Shown one piece after another: positions 56,585 through 64,000 of a stretch of 64,000 bases of DNA. Each line of letters opens with the position of its first letter. Positions within the stretch are counted from its first letter, which is position 1. The position numbers and the translations under genes were made by a program. The DNA is from Deltaproteobacteria bacterium. Lineage in GTDB: Bacteria > Myxococcota_A > UBA9160 > SMWR01. The stretch lies in NCBI GenBank assembly GCA_032128115.1, contig JAQBHB010000041.1:128001-192000 (forward strand), in the 5' to 3' direction. The notes below the pieces were generated by a model that saw only the letters and a list, made by a program, of their open reading frames with translations, had not been told where the DNA came from and ran no database searches.

Positions 56585-58128
56585 CACAGCACGAGGGCGC
56601 TGCCCTCCAGCAGCCGGCCGCGATAGCGCTTGAAGATCACCCGCTTGTTCGCGCAGAGCACCGGGTCGCGCAGGATCGCGTCCACTCCGGGTCGCTCTCC
56701 CGTGTAACGCGCGTCGAGCACGTAGTAGAGGTTCTCGGCGCGCATCTCCCGGGCGCGCTCGAGGGGTGTCTCCATCCACACGGGCGACAGCAGCCGGAAG
56801 GTCAGCTGCGGGTAACGGGCGCGATTCACCTTGAGGGCCGTGCCCGGGTGTCCCCATTGGGCGTCGGCCACCAGGATCCCGGGTTCGAGAGCGGCAACCT
56901 GGTCCAGGAGTTCGCGGATGCCGCTGCCTCGCGCCCAGGGATCCGGCGTCTCGCGGATCGAAAGCTCCGTCTGTTCCCATTCCGCCAGCGGAATCCAGGA
57001 CGTCGAGAGCTTCACCCCGAGAAGTGCCGCGACGCAGGCCCCGATCACGGCGGCGCGCGGGCGCGGCGGCACACGGGCGAAAACGACGCTGACGGCCACT
57101 CCCAGCGGTAGATAGAGCGTGTAGAGAGCCACGCCGAAGTAGCGCACGAAGAACACCTTGGCGAGCAGAACCACCGGCACGAAGGAAATGACCCACAGCG
57201 CCAGCAACAACAGGAACCGCGTGAAGAGCCTTCGGTCGGAGCGGAACAGCAGGACGGCCGCCACCATCACCAGAACCCCGGCCGCGATCCCGAAGATCCC
57301 CAGCTCTGGCCCCAGCACATCGCGCCCGTAGAAGGCCAGGGCCTCCCCCCAGCCGGCGATCGGCCACTCGAAGAGTTCTCCGAAGGACCGCACGAAGCTC
57401 ACGTGGGCGTTGGCCTCGCGCACCGGCGCGAACTCCGCGGGCACCACGAGTTCGTGCAACCACAGCCCGAGCGCCGCGACACCTGAAACCTGGAGGCCCA
57501 TGAGGCCCGCCCGCCGCAGTCGCGGCCGGCCGGGTTGCCCCGGCTCGATGCTCACGGCGAGCAGCGGCAGCACGGCAGCGAAGCCGATCCACAGGGCGCC
57601 CGTACCCTTGATGGAGAGCACCGCCACGAGAAGCAGCAACGACAGCGCACCCGAGATCCATCGGCGCCGATCGAGGAAGTCGAAGCTGAAGTACAGGTAG
57701 GCCGTACCCAGCCCGTAGAGAAAGGATTCGTTGAGCGCCACCGAATCGAAGTAGAAGAAGAACTCGGACACCACCACGAGTCCGGCCGCAACATGGGCCG
57801 CCGCTTCACTCCAGAGCCGCGCGGTCAATCGGTGCAGGAAGAACAATCCGCACAGACCCAACAGCAGCGACCAGATGCGCAGGCCGAGCAGGGGATCGTT
57901 CCAGAGGTCTACGCTGAGGGCGTCGGCCCAGTACTGGAGGGGCTGCTTGTACTCGCCGTACAACCGCCCGTTCTGGAACAGCCACTTGTTGTGGTCCCAG
58001 TCCGCCGCCATCTGCTGGGCCGCGTCGGCGTAGAGCATTTCATCGTTGTGGGGAGCAAACGCGAACAGCCCGAAGACCCGCAGGGCCACGTATCCGAGCC
58101 CGATCCCGATGATCCAGCGTGACCGCAT
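56569..58128 (-). CDS. ArnT/PMT (GT39/83-like) membrane glycosyltransferase
   Basis: DE..Y after TM1, KQPL.YW, R..S...G, many TMs, RY. Confidence 0.8.
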   Translation of the reverse strand: MRSRWIIGIGLGYVALRVFGLFAFAPHNDEMLYADAAQQMAADWDHNKWLFQNGRLYGEYKQPLQYWADALSVDLWNDPLLGLRIWSLLLGLCGLFFLHRLTARLWSEAAAHVAAGLVVVSEFFFYFDSVALNESFLYGLGTAYLYFSFDFLDRRRWISGALSLLLLVAVLSIKGTGALWIGFAAVLPLLAVSIEPGQPGRPRLRRAGLMGLQVSGVAALGLWLHELVVPAEFAPVREANAHVSFVRSFGELFEWPIAGWGEALAFYGRDVLGPELGIFGIAAGVLVMVAAVLLFRSDRRLFTRFLLLLALWVISFVPVVLLAKVFFVRYFGVALYTLYLPLGVAVSVVFARVPPRPRAAVIGACVAALLGVKLSTSWIPLAEWEQTELSIRETPDPWARGSGIRELLDQVAALEPGILVADAQWGHPGTALKVNRARYPQLTFRLLSPVWMETPLERAREMRAENLYYVLDARYTGERPGVDAILRDPVLCANKRVIFKRYRGRLLEGSALVLCQAEL

Positions 58129-58259
58129 GGAGGGTAGCTTGCCGATTCTTTATGATTTCCCGGCAGAGTCTCGGCCAGACCGTTCCCGGCATCAAGCCGG
58201 TATTCCTGATGGTAGGCTCCAGGGGATCAATGACCTACCAACGAGGGGGTGAGGTCGGA

Positions 58260-58493
58260 ATGCGCAGACGGGTCCATATTGCACTGCACGCGGCGGCCAG
58301 CCTGGTGGCGACCGTTCTCGCCGTCGGAAGCTTCGCCACCCGGGCGCAGGTGATCGATTCGACTCCCTGCCAGGGGTCGTGCTACGAGCAGAAGGCGGAG
58401 TGCGTCGACGCTTGCGGAGCGCATCCCGATCCGATCGAGTGCGAGGAGGGCTGCGACGACACCCTCCTGGACTGCCTCAAGGAATGCCGCTGA
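58260..58493 (+). CDS. Small secreted cysteine-rich protein
   Basis: GAGG RBS, signal peptide, CX3CX6CX3C-X8-CX3CX6CX3C. Confidence 0.75.
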   Translation: MRRRVHIALHAAASLVATVLAVGSFATRAQVIDSTPCQGSCYEQKAECVDACGAHPDPIECEEGCDDTLLDCLKECR

Positions 58494-59344
58494 GCGCCCC
58501 GGACGACATTCCGCAGGTCGCAGCCTGGCGCGAGCGGATCCGCGTCATCATCTTCGAAGCGGATACGCCCGCCGGGAAGGCCTTCGACGTCGGTCTGCTC
58601 GTTGCAATCCTCGCGAGCGTCATCGCCGTGATGCTCGACAGCGTTGCTCCCATCCGCGCGGAGTACGGGCGCGCCCTCGACGTTGCCGAGTGGGTCTTCA
58701 CCATCGCCTTCAGCGTCGAATACGCACTGCGCCTCATCTGCGTGCCGGTTCCGTGGCACTACGCGCGCAGCTTCTTCGGCGTGGTCGACGTGCTGGCGGT
58801 GCTTCCGACCTACCTGAGCCTGCTGCTGCCGGGGGCCGAGCACCTGCTCGTGATTCGCGGTCTGCGGCTTCTGCGCATCTTCCGCGTCTTCAAGCTCGGC
58901 CGCTTCCTCGGAGAGGCGAGCATCCTTCGCAACGCACTCGCCGGCAGCCGCCACAAGATCACCGTCTTCATCGGGACGATCGCCATCCTCGTCACGATTC
59001 TCGGAACCGCCATGTACCTGATCGAGGGCGGGGAGCACGGCTTCACGAGCATCCCGCTCTCGGTCTATTGGGCGATCGTCACCATGACGACCGTGGGATA
59101 CGGCGACCTGGCGCCCCAGACGGTGGCGGGGAAGGCGCTCGCGGCCATCGTGATGATCCTCGGCTACAGCATCATCGCGGTTCCCACGGGCATCGTGACG
59201 GCCGAGATCGTCGAGGCAGCGGTTGCATCGCGGAAGCTATCGACCCGCTGTTGCGCGCAATGCATGGCCGAGGGCCACGATGCGGACGCGCGCTTCTGCA
59301 AGGCCTGTGGCGCCCCTCTGGAGCCGACCGGCCCGCAGGCCTGA
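58484..59344 (+). CDS. Voltage-gated-type (6TM) potassium channel
   Basis: S4 RGLRLLRIFRVFK, selectivity filter TTVGYGD, C-terminal C..C...H..DA.FCK.CG. Confidence 0.92.
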   Translation: MPLSAPDDIPQVAAWRERIRVIIFEADTPAGKAFDVGLLVAILASVIAVMLDSVAPIRAEYGRALDVAEWVFTIAFSVEYALRLICVPVPWHYARSFFGVVDVLAVLPTYLSLLLPGAEHLLVIRGLRLLRIFRVFKLGRFLGEASILRNALAGSRHKITVFIGTIAILVTILGTAMYLIEGGEHGFTSIPLSVYWAIVTMTTVGYGDLAPQTVAGKALAAIVMILGYSIIAVPTGIVTAEIVEAAVASRKLSTRCCAQCMAEGHDADARFCKACGAPLEPTGPQA

Positions 59345-59387
59345 ATGCTTGAAGCCTGACTGCTTCGAGCCTGACTGCTTCAAGCCA
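59339..59387. repeat. 15-bp tandem repeat (3 copies)
   Basis: GCCTGAATGCTTGAA GCCTGACTGCTTCGA GCCTGACTGCTTCAA GCCA. Confidence 0.85.
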
Positions 59388-59456
59388 GGGTCGAGGTCCC
59401 GGGTACGCGGCCACGCGCCCGCGCGAGAGTGCGCCCTCCGGTCTCCCCCGGTCCGG

Positions 59457-60047
59457 TCAGCGCGCCTCGGCTGCCGCTCGGATCGCCGCGGCAATGTCAC
59501 CGCTTAGCTGTGCGAGCGCGCGGCTGTGTGCGGCGGCGAGGCCGTCGAAGGCTTTGCCCTCTACGGCCACCCGAGCGATCGTGCGGCCCGAGCGCGTCTT
59601 CCCACCCGCGGTCTTGCGCACGGCCCACACCGCTTCCATGAGGACCGAGTCGCCCGGCACGGTATCGAAGCGCTGGACGTTGATCGTGACGCGATAGACC
59701 GGATCGAAGTTGGCGAAGGGCGCGGTGGCCACGTCCGGTGTCTGGAGCAGCGCTCCCAGGTCGCCGGCAACCGTGCGTGCGATGCTCTCGCCCAGCGGCG
59801 AGGCCCAGCGGTTGAACTCGTCGATCTCGACCCGGTTCGGCGCGACCTGGACCACGAACTCCGGGCGGTCGACCGAAGCCGGAACGGACACTGGCCCCAC
59901 CATGACTCCGTAGTTCGCCGGCGGCGCCCCGGCCGCTGTCGCCGTGGAGTCGAGGGTGTAGAAGCGCGGCGACGGCGACGTTCCGCAGCCCCCGACGGCC
60001 ACCAAGACGAGCACAACACCGAACCAACGCGCAAAACGGCTCGCCAT
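59457..60047 (-). CDS. pqiC: PqiC-family lipoprotein
   Basis: VGGC lipobox, FYTL, VGPV.VP..VDRP, RWA.PL. Confidence 0.88.
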   Translation of the reverse strand: MASRFARWFGVVLVLVAVGGCGTSPSPRFYTLDSTATAAGAPPANYGVMVGPVSVPASVDRPEFVVQVAPNRVEIDEFNRWASPLGESIARTVAGDLGALLQTPDVATAPFANFDPVYRVTINVQRFDTVPGDSVLMEAVWAVRKTAGGKTRSGRTIARVAVEGKAFDGLAAAHSRALAQLSGDIAAAIRAAAEAR

Positions 60048-61558
60048 CACTTTGCCTCCCCCGACTTGCCCCGGATCAACGCCTCGGGATGGCGCTCGAG
60101 ATAGTCCGCGAACAGGCGAACCGCGCGGGCCGCGCCGCTCACCTCCTGGAGCGTGCTGTTCAGCTGTTGACTCAGCACGGAGTTCGGCTCGATGAGCGTG
60201 GTGGCGCTGTCGAGCGTCCCACGAGCGCTCGCAAGCGTGCGATCGAGATTCCGGACGATCCTGGCGGCGCTCGCCTCGAGCGCCTGGAGCTGTCCGGGGG
60301 TGGTCGGTAGCTGCACTGGTTTCTGTGACCAATCCACCGTCGCTGGCCCCGCGTCGGGAAAGAAGTCGAACGCCACGTACAGCGCCCCACTCAGCAGGTT
60401 CCCGGTCCGAAGCTGCGCACGAACCCCGCGCGAGACCAGCGTGTCGAGCAACTTCCTGCGGGCAGCCACGAGATCGAAGCCGGGGTCCGATCCCTGGGCC
60501 TGAATTCCGAACCTCTGGGCGTCCAGTCGGAGGGTCACCTGCACGGCGAAGTCGAAGGTCACCGTATCCAGCTTTCCGATCACGTCGACGACCTCGCCGA
60601 TCGGAATCCCGCGGAACTCGACCGGTGCGCCTGGCTCGAGGCCGCGGACCGGCTGGTCGAAGACGACCAAGTAGGTCTGCGGGTCGCGGGCCGCCGGGTG
60701 GAAGGCCGCCGCCCGGTCCTCGAAGAGGGTGAACAGGGTATTCTCCTCGGCGGCGGGCAGCACAGGATCGCTGGCGGGCGTCGCGAACGCGATGCCACCG
60801 ATCAAGATGGAGACGAGCGATTGGGTCTGGACGCTGAGCCCGCTCGCAGAGAGCGATACGTCGACCCCACTCGCGTGCCAGAAGCGCGTGTCTGGACTGA
60901 CGTACTGGTCGTAGGGCGCATACACGAATGCCTTCACGCGGAAGGCCTGGCCGTCGCCTTCGAGCTCGTACGACGCGACCTCCCCGACCTTCATGCGCCG
61001 GAAGTAGATCGGCGTGCCGTTGTCGAGCGAGCCCAGATCGCCGGTCTTCAGCACGAAGAAGCGGCCGGGCTCGTCCCCCGTCACCACGGGCGGCACCTCC
61101 AGGGCGTCGAAGCGACGCCGGGACTTCTTCGAGTCGCCGATCTCCATGCCGATGTAGGCCCCGGAGACGAGTGTGCCCAGTCCCGAAACGGTGGCGCCCG
61201 AGATGCGCGGACGCACCACCCAGAACCTCGTGTTCTCGACCAGGAAACTCTCCGTCTTCGGACCCATCCTGGCGGTCGTGATCACGGACTTGTGGTCGTC
61301 CGAGAGCCGGATCCCGGTCACGAGCCCGACCTCGACGCCGTTGTACTCGATCTTGGTCTTGCCGGTTTCGAGTCCCTCGGCCGACTGGAACACGATCGTG
61401 ATCTCGGGCCCTTCGCTGAGGACCCTCGCCACGGCGACCCAGGCGCCCGCGGCCGCGGCCACGATCGGAATCAGCCAGACGAGAGAGAGGCGCGTGCGCT
61501 TCCGCGACACGGCTCTGGACTCGGGGGCCCGAGGGAACGATCCGTCACTTTCAGACAT
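60047..61558 (-). CDS. pqiB: PqiB MCE/MlaD-domain intermembrane transport protein
   Basis: WL.P, AEGLE.GKT, FWVVRP, three MCE domains, LERHPEALIRG. Confidence 0.92.
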   Translation of the reverse strand: MSESDGSFPRAPESRAVSRKRTRLSLVWLIPIVAAAAGAWVAVARVLSEGPEITIVFQSAEGLETGKTKIEYNGVEVGLVTGIRLSDDHKSVITTARMGPKTESFLVENTRFWVVRPRISGATVSGLGTLVSGAYIGMEIGDSKKSRRRFDALEVPPVVTGDEPGRFFVLKTGDLGSLDNGTPIYFRRMKVGEVASYELEGDGQAFRVKAFVYAPYDQYVSPDTRFWHASGVDVSLSASGLSVQTQSLVSILIGGIAFATPASDPVLPAAEENTLFTLFEDRAAAFHPAARDPQTYLVVFDQPVRGLEPGAPVEFRGIPIGEVVDVIGKLDTVTFDFAVQVTLRLDAQRFGIQAQGSDPGFDLVAARRKLLDTLVSRGVRAQLRTGNLLSGALYVAFDFFPDAGPATVDWSQKPVQLPTTPGQLQALEASAARIVRNLDRTLASARGTLDSATTLIEPNSVLSQQLNSTLQEVSGAARAVRLFADYLERHPEALIRGKSGEAK

Positions 61559-62192
61559 GGAGAGCCTCTTGTGCGCTCGAAGGGTCCCAGATCAGCCTGG
61601 GATCGAAGGATTCGACTGCGAGCATGGTCAGCACCACCACCGCGGCAAAAAAGAACAAGCCGGGGCCCGGGGCCACGGACATCAGCGGCTGCAGCTGGAC
61701 CAGGGCGACGGTGAAGGCATCGACGAAGACGTCGACCATCGACCAGCGTCCGATCAGCTCGACCGTTCGGTAGAGCCGGCCGCGCTGAGCGTTGTTCTGG
61801 ATCGAGCCGCGTCGCACCGTGATGAGAAGGTAGGCGAGCGTCAGGATCTTCGCGCTCGGGATCATGATGCTGGCGAAGAGCACGATGAGAGAGAGCGGCC
61901 ACCCGGTGGGCGACCACAGGAGCACGACTCCCTGCAGGATCGTGTCGGACTCGCTGCCCTGAGCGGAGGTCGTCTCCATCACCGGGAGGACATTTGCCGG
62001 GACATAGCAGACCGCCGCGGCGATGAGGAATGCCCAGGTGCGCTGGAGGCTCGCGGGCTTGCGGAATTCGAGATGCGCGGCGCAGCGCGGGCAGCGACCC
62101 TCCTGCTCGCCGGACCCGGGGCGCGACAGCAGGCCGCAGTCCTCGCAGCTGTGCAGGCCGTGCTGCATCGCGGTCACGGCGGCCGCGCTCAC
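61551..62192 (-). CDS. pqiA: PqiA-family protein (second half)
   Basis: C..C...CPRC, Y.PAN.LP, IGRWSMVDVFV, FDPRLIWD. Confidence 0.9.
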   Translation of the reverse strand: MSAAAVTAMQHGLHSCEDCGLLSRPGSGEQEGRCPRCAAHLEFRKPASLQRTWAFLIAAAVCYVPANVLPVMETTSAQGSESDTILQGVVLLWSPTGWPLSLIVLFASIMIPSAKILTLAYLLITVRRGSIQNNAQRGRLYRTVELIGRWSMVDVFVDAFTVALVQLQPLMSVAPGPGLFFFAAVVVLTMLAVESFDPRLIWDPSSAQEALHV

Positions 62193-62863
62193 GGCATCTC
62201 CCCGGCCATCTGCGCCGGCGCGCCGGCACGGCGGGTTGCGGCCTCTGCCCATTCGACGCGATCCCAGACCACCCGGGGGTCGAAGCCCGCCTGGATCCCG
62301 GCGAGCAGGAAGACGAGCGCGCCGAGCGCAAACAGCGCCGGCCCCGGGATCACCGTCGCGAGTTCCGCAATCTTGATGAGGGCGACCAGCACACCGAGCA
62401 TCATGACTTCGATCATGCTCCAGGTCCGCGCCGTCGGATGGTGGCGGAGGAGCGTCCCGACCCAGCTCGGCGGGCGCTCACTCCGGGCCCCGAGCACGAT
62501 CGCCAGCATGAAGCCGATCTGGAGCGCCGGCGCGAGCACGGCCGTGGCGAGCACCAGGCCCGCGACGATCTCGCGACCATCCCGCCACAGCTGCTCGGCG
62601 CCCCCCAGGACCGTAGTAGAAGCCTCCCGCCCGACGGCCGCGATTCCGAGCATGGGAGTGGTGTTCGCGACCAGATAGAGCACCACGGCCGCGAGCGTCA
62701 GCGGGAGCGTGCGGTGGCGCAAGTGGTCACGGCGCCGCCAGAGCTCGAAGTTGCAGCGCGGGCAGTGGGCGGAGGCTCCCGGCTCGATATCCGGGAGCCG
62801 CTGCACCAGATCGCAGTCCGGGCAGGCCAGGAGCGAGGCATCTGCCAAAGGCTCGTTGTACAT
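62189..62863 (-). CDS. pqiA: PqiA-family protein (first half)
   Basis: CPDCD...CPRC, WSM.EV..LG.LVALIKI, DPR.VW. Confidence 0.9.
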   Translation of the reverse strand: MYNEPLADASLLACPDCDLVQRLPDIEPGASAHCPRCNFELWRRRDHLRHRTLPLTLAAVVLYLVANTTPMLGIAAVGREASTTVLGGAEQLWRDGREIVAGLVLATAVLAPALQIGFMLAIVLGARSERPPSWVGTLLRHHPTARTWSMIEVMMLGVLVALIKIAELATVIPGPALFALGALVFLLAGIQAGFDPRVVWDRVEWAEAATRRAGAPAQMAGEMP

Positions 62864-62966
62864 CTCCCTCCCCCAGCCGGCGCGACCCCGTATACTCGCC
62901 GTTGGTGGGGCCACGGCGCAACGACCAATCGAGCCCCGGTTCCCACCCCCGCGCGCCGCCCATTCA

Positions 62967-63011
62967 TGGACCCGGAACTGGACCCGAACTGGACCCGAAC
63001 CCGGACCCGAG
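62967..63011. repeat. About 11-bp tandem repeat (4 copies) in divergent intergenic region
   Basis: TGGACCCGGAAC TGGACCCGAAC TGGACCCGAAC CCGGACCCGAG. Confidence 0.8.
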
Positions 63012-63093
63012 CCGGAACCCGCTCGACGCGACCCCTGGCTCTCGGCGGCGCACGACGTATCATTCCGGCCCTTTTACGCAGGCGGTAAACGAG

Positions 63094-63861
63094 ATGTCGT
63101 GGTTCCCCTCCGTCACGGCGCGCGTCGCAGCGATCGGTCTCGCTCTCGCAGCGTCCCCGGTTCCGACGGAAGCTGCGGACCCGAAGACGCCGCAGGAGCC
63201 GCCCCACGCGGAGCAGGTGCTGCGCGCGATGTCGCAGTACCTGGCGAAGGCAAAGGCCTTCTCGTACCACGCCGAGGTCGAGTTCGACCAGATCCTCCCC
63301 GGCGGGCCCAAGATCCGGCTCGCGGGGGCCGTGGACACCGCGGTAGCGCGACCCGGCCGCCTCTTCGTCGACTACCGGGACGACGTCTCGGGTCGCGTCG
63401 TCTGGTTCGACAAGGGCCAGCTGACGCTACTCGACCCCGCCGCTTCGACCTACGCGCAGATCTCAGGGCCGGTGGACATCGACGGGATGGTCGCGAAGCT
63501 CGAGAAGGACCTGGGCGTGACGCTTCCCCTCGCCGAGTTCGCCGAGAGCGACCCGGCTGCAGCGCTGACCCGCGGCGTCGAGTACGCCCACTATGTGGGG
63601 GTGCACGACGTCGAGGGCGTCCACTGCCACCACGTCGTTCTCCGGCGCGCGGACCTCGATCTCCAGGTATTCGTCGAGATCGGCGACAAACCGCTGCCGC
63701 GCAAGCTCGTGTTCGAGTACCCGAACCAGCCGGGGTCGCCGCAGTACACGGCGTCCATCACGGAGTGGAGCTTCGAGCCGCCCGCGGTGGATCTCTTCAC
63801 AGCGAAACTTCCGGAGGACGCGGCCACGGTCGAGTTCCTTCCGGTCGTTGGGGGTCGATGA
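63094..63861 (+). CDS. DUF2092-family periplasmic protein (LolA-like fold)
   Basis: Signal peptide, L.AMS.YL, RP..L, C.H, PLPRKLV.....PG.PQY......W. Confidence 0.85.
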   Translation: MSWFPSVTARVAAIGLALAASPVPTEAADPKTPQEPPHAEQVLRAMSQYLAKAKAFSYHAEVEFDQILPGGPKIRLAGAVDTAVARPGRLFVDYRDDVSGRVVWFDKGQLTLLDPAASTYAQISGPVDIDGMVAKLEKDLGVTLPLAEFAESDPAAALTRGVEYAHYVGVHDVEGVHCHHVVLRRADLDLQVFVEIGDKPLPRKLVFEYPNQPGSPQYTASITEWSFEPPAVDLFTAKLPEDAATVEFLPVVGGR

Positions 63862-64000
63862 TGAGAAGGCGGAGTGGATGCAGGGGAAGCCGGCGGCAGG
63901 CGTGGCGCATCGCCGCGGTTGCGCTCGCGTTGCTCTTCGCGGTCTCGTCCGACGCCCTGGCTCGCGGGGGCTTCGGCGGCGGCGGGGGCTTTGGCGGCGG
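63858..64000 (+). CDS. 5' part of a secreted Gly-rich protein (truncated by window edge)
   Basis: ATGA overlap with the DUF2092 gene; signal peptide ending DALA followed by RGGFGGGGGFGG. Confidence 0.7.
   Translation, partial: MMRRRSGCRGSRRQAWRIAAVALALLFAVSSDALARGGFGGGGGFGG

Noticed and set aside
61551..62863. Frameshifted pqiA pseudogene
   Set aside because: Each half has its own start, Zn-finger and complete PqiA domain with a GTGA overlap; split pqiA is a common natural arrangement
59339..63020. CRISPR array suggested by short repeats at 59.3 kb and 63.0 kb
   Set aside because: Units are 11-15 bp, directly adjacent with no unique spacers, and there are no cas genes

Overview
A 64-kb window of gene-dense, GC-rich bacterial chromosome. 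GC is roughly two-thirds by eye. Gene content suggests a Myxococcota/deltaproteobacterial-type organism, which is an inference. About 65 CDSs are supported, mostly metabolic and envelope genes: an MtnK-like kinase, a DnaA paralogue not linked to dnaN, cofH/cofG/folB, argD, fabG, an exonuclease-DinG fusion, a ThDP enzyme, pal, asd, thiI, an ECF sigma/anti-sigma/DUF3106 module, sppA, an atypical thiolase-OB fusion, cimA, glcDEF, a sulfatase-fold lipoprotein, a sulfite reductase-rhodanese fusion-DUF4202-cysK cluster, several GT-C-like membrane proteins, a K+ channel and a split pqiA-pqiA-pqiB-pqiC operon. I saw no rRNA, intact tRNA, CRISPR array, transposase or integrase. The best leads are: (i) a secreted 8-Cys (CX3CX6CX3C)x2 miniprotein whose gene overlaps a voltage-gated-type K+ channel gene; (ii) a DnaA paralogue with an altered DNA-recognition helix and a repeat-rich upstream region; (iii) a thiolase-fold protein lacking the nucleophilic Cys and fused to a DUF35-like OB fold; (iv) a sulfur-assimilation operon with an uncharacterised domain fused to rhodanese and a SAM-riboswitch-like leader; (v) a pair of unknown helical lipoproteins; (vi) a deleted molybdopterin-oxidoreductase pseudogene next to a PAS-pseudokinase. 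All family calls come from motif recognition by eye and no searches were run. Several starts were moved from the ORF track to likely RBS-supported codons.
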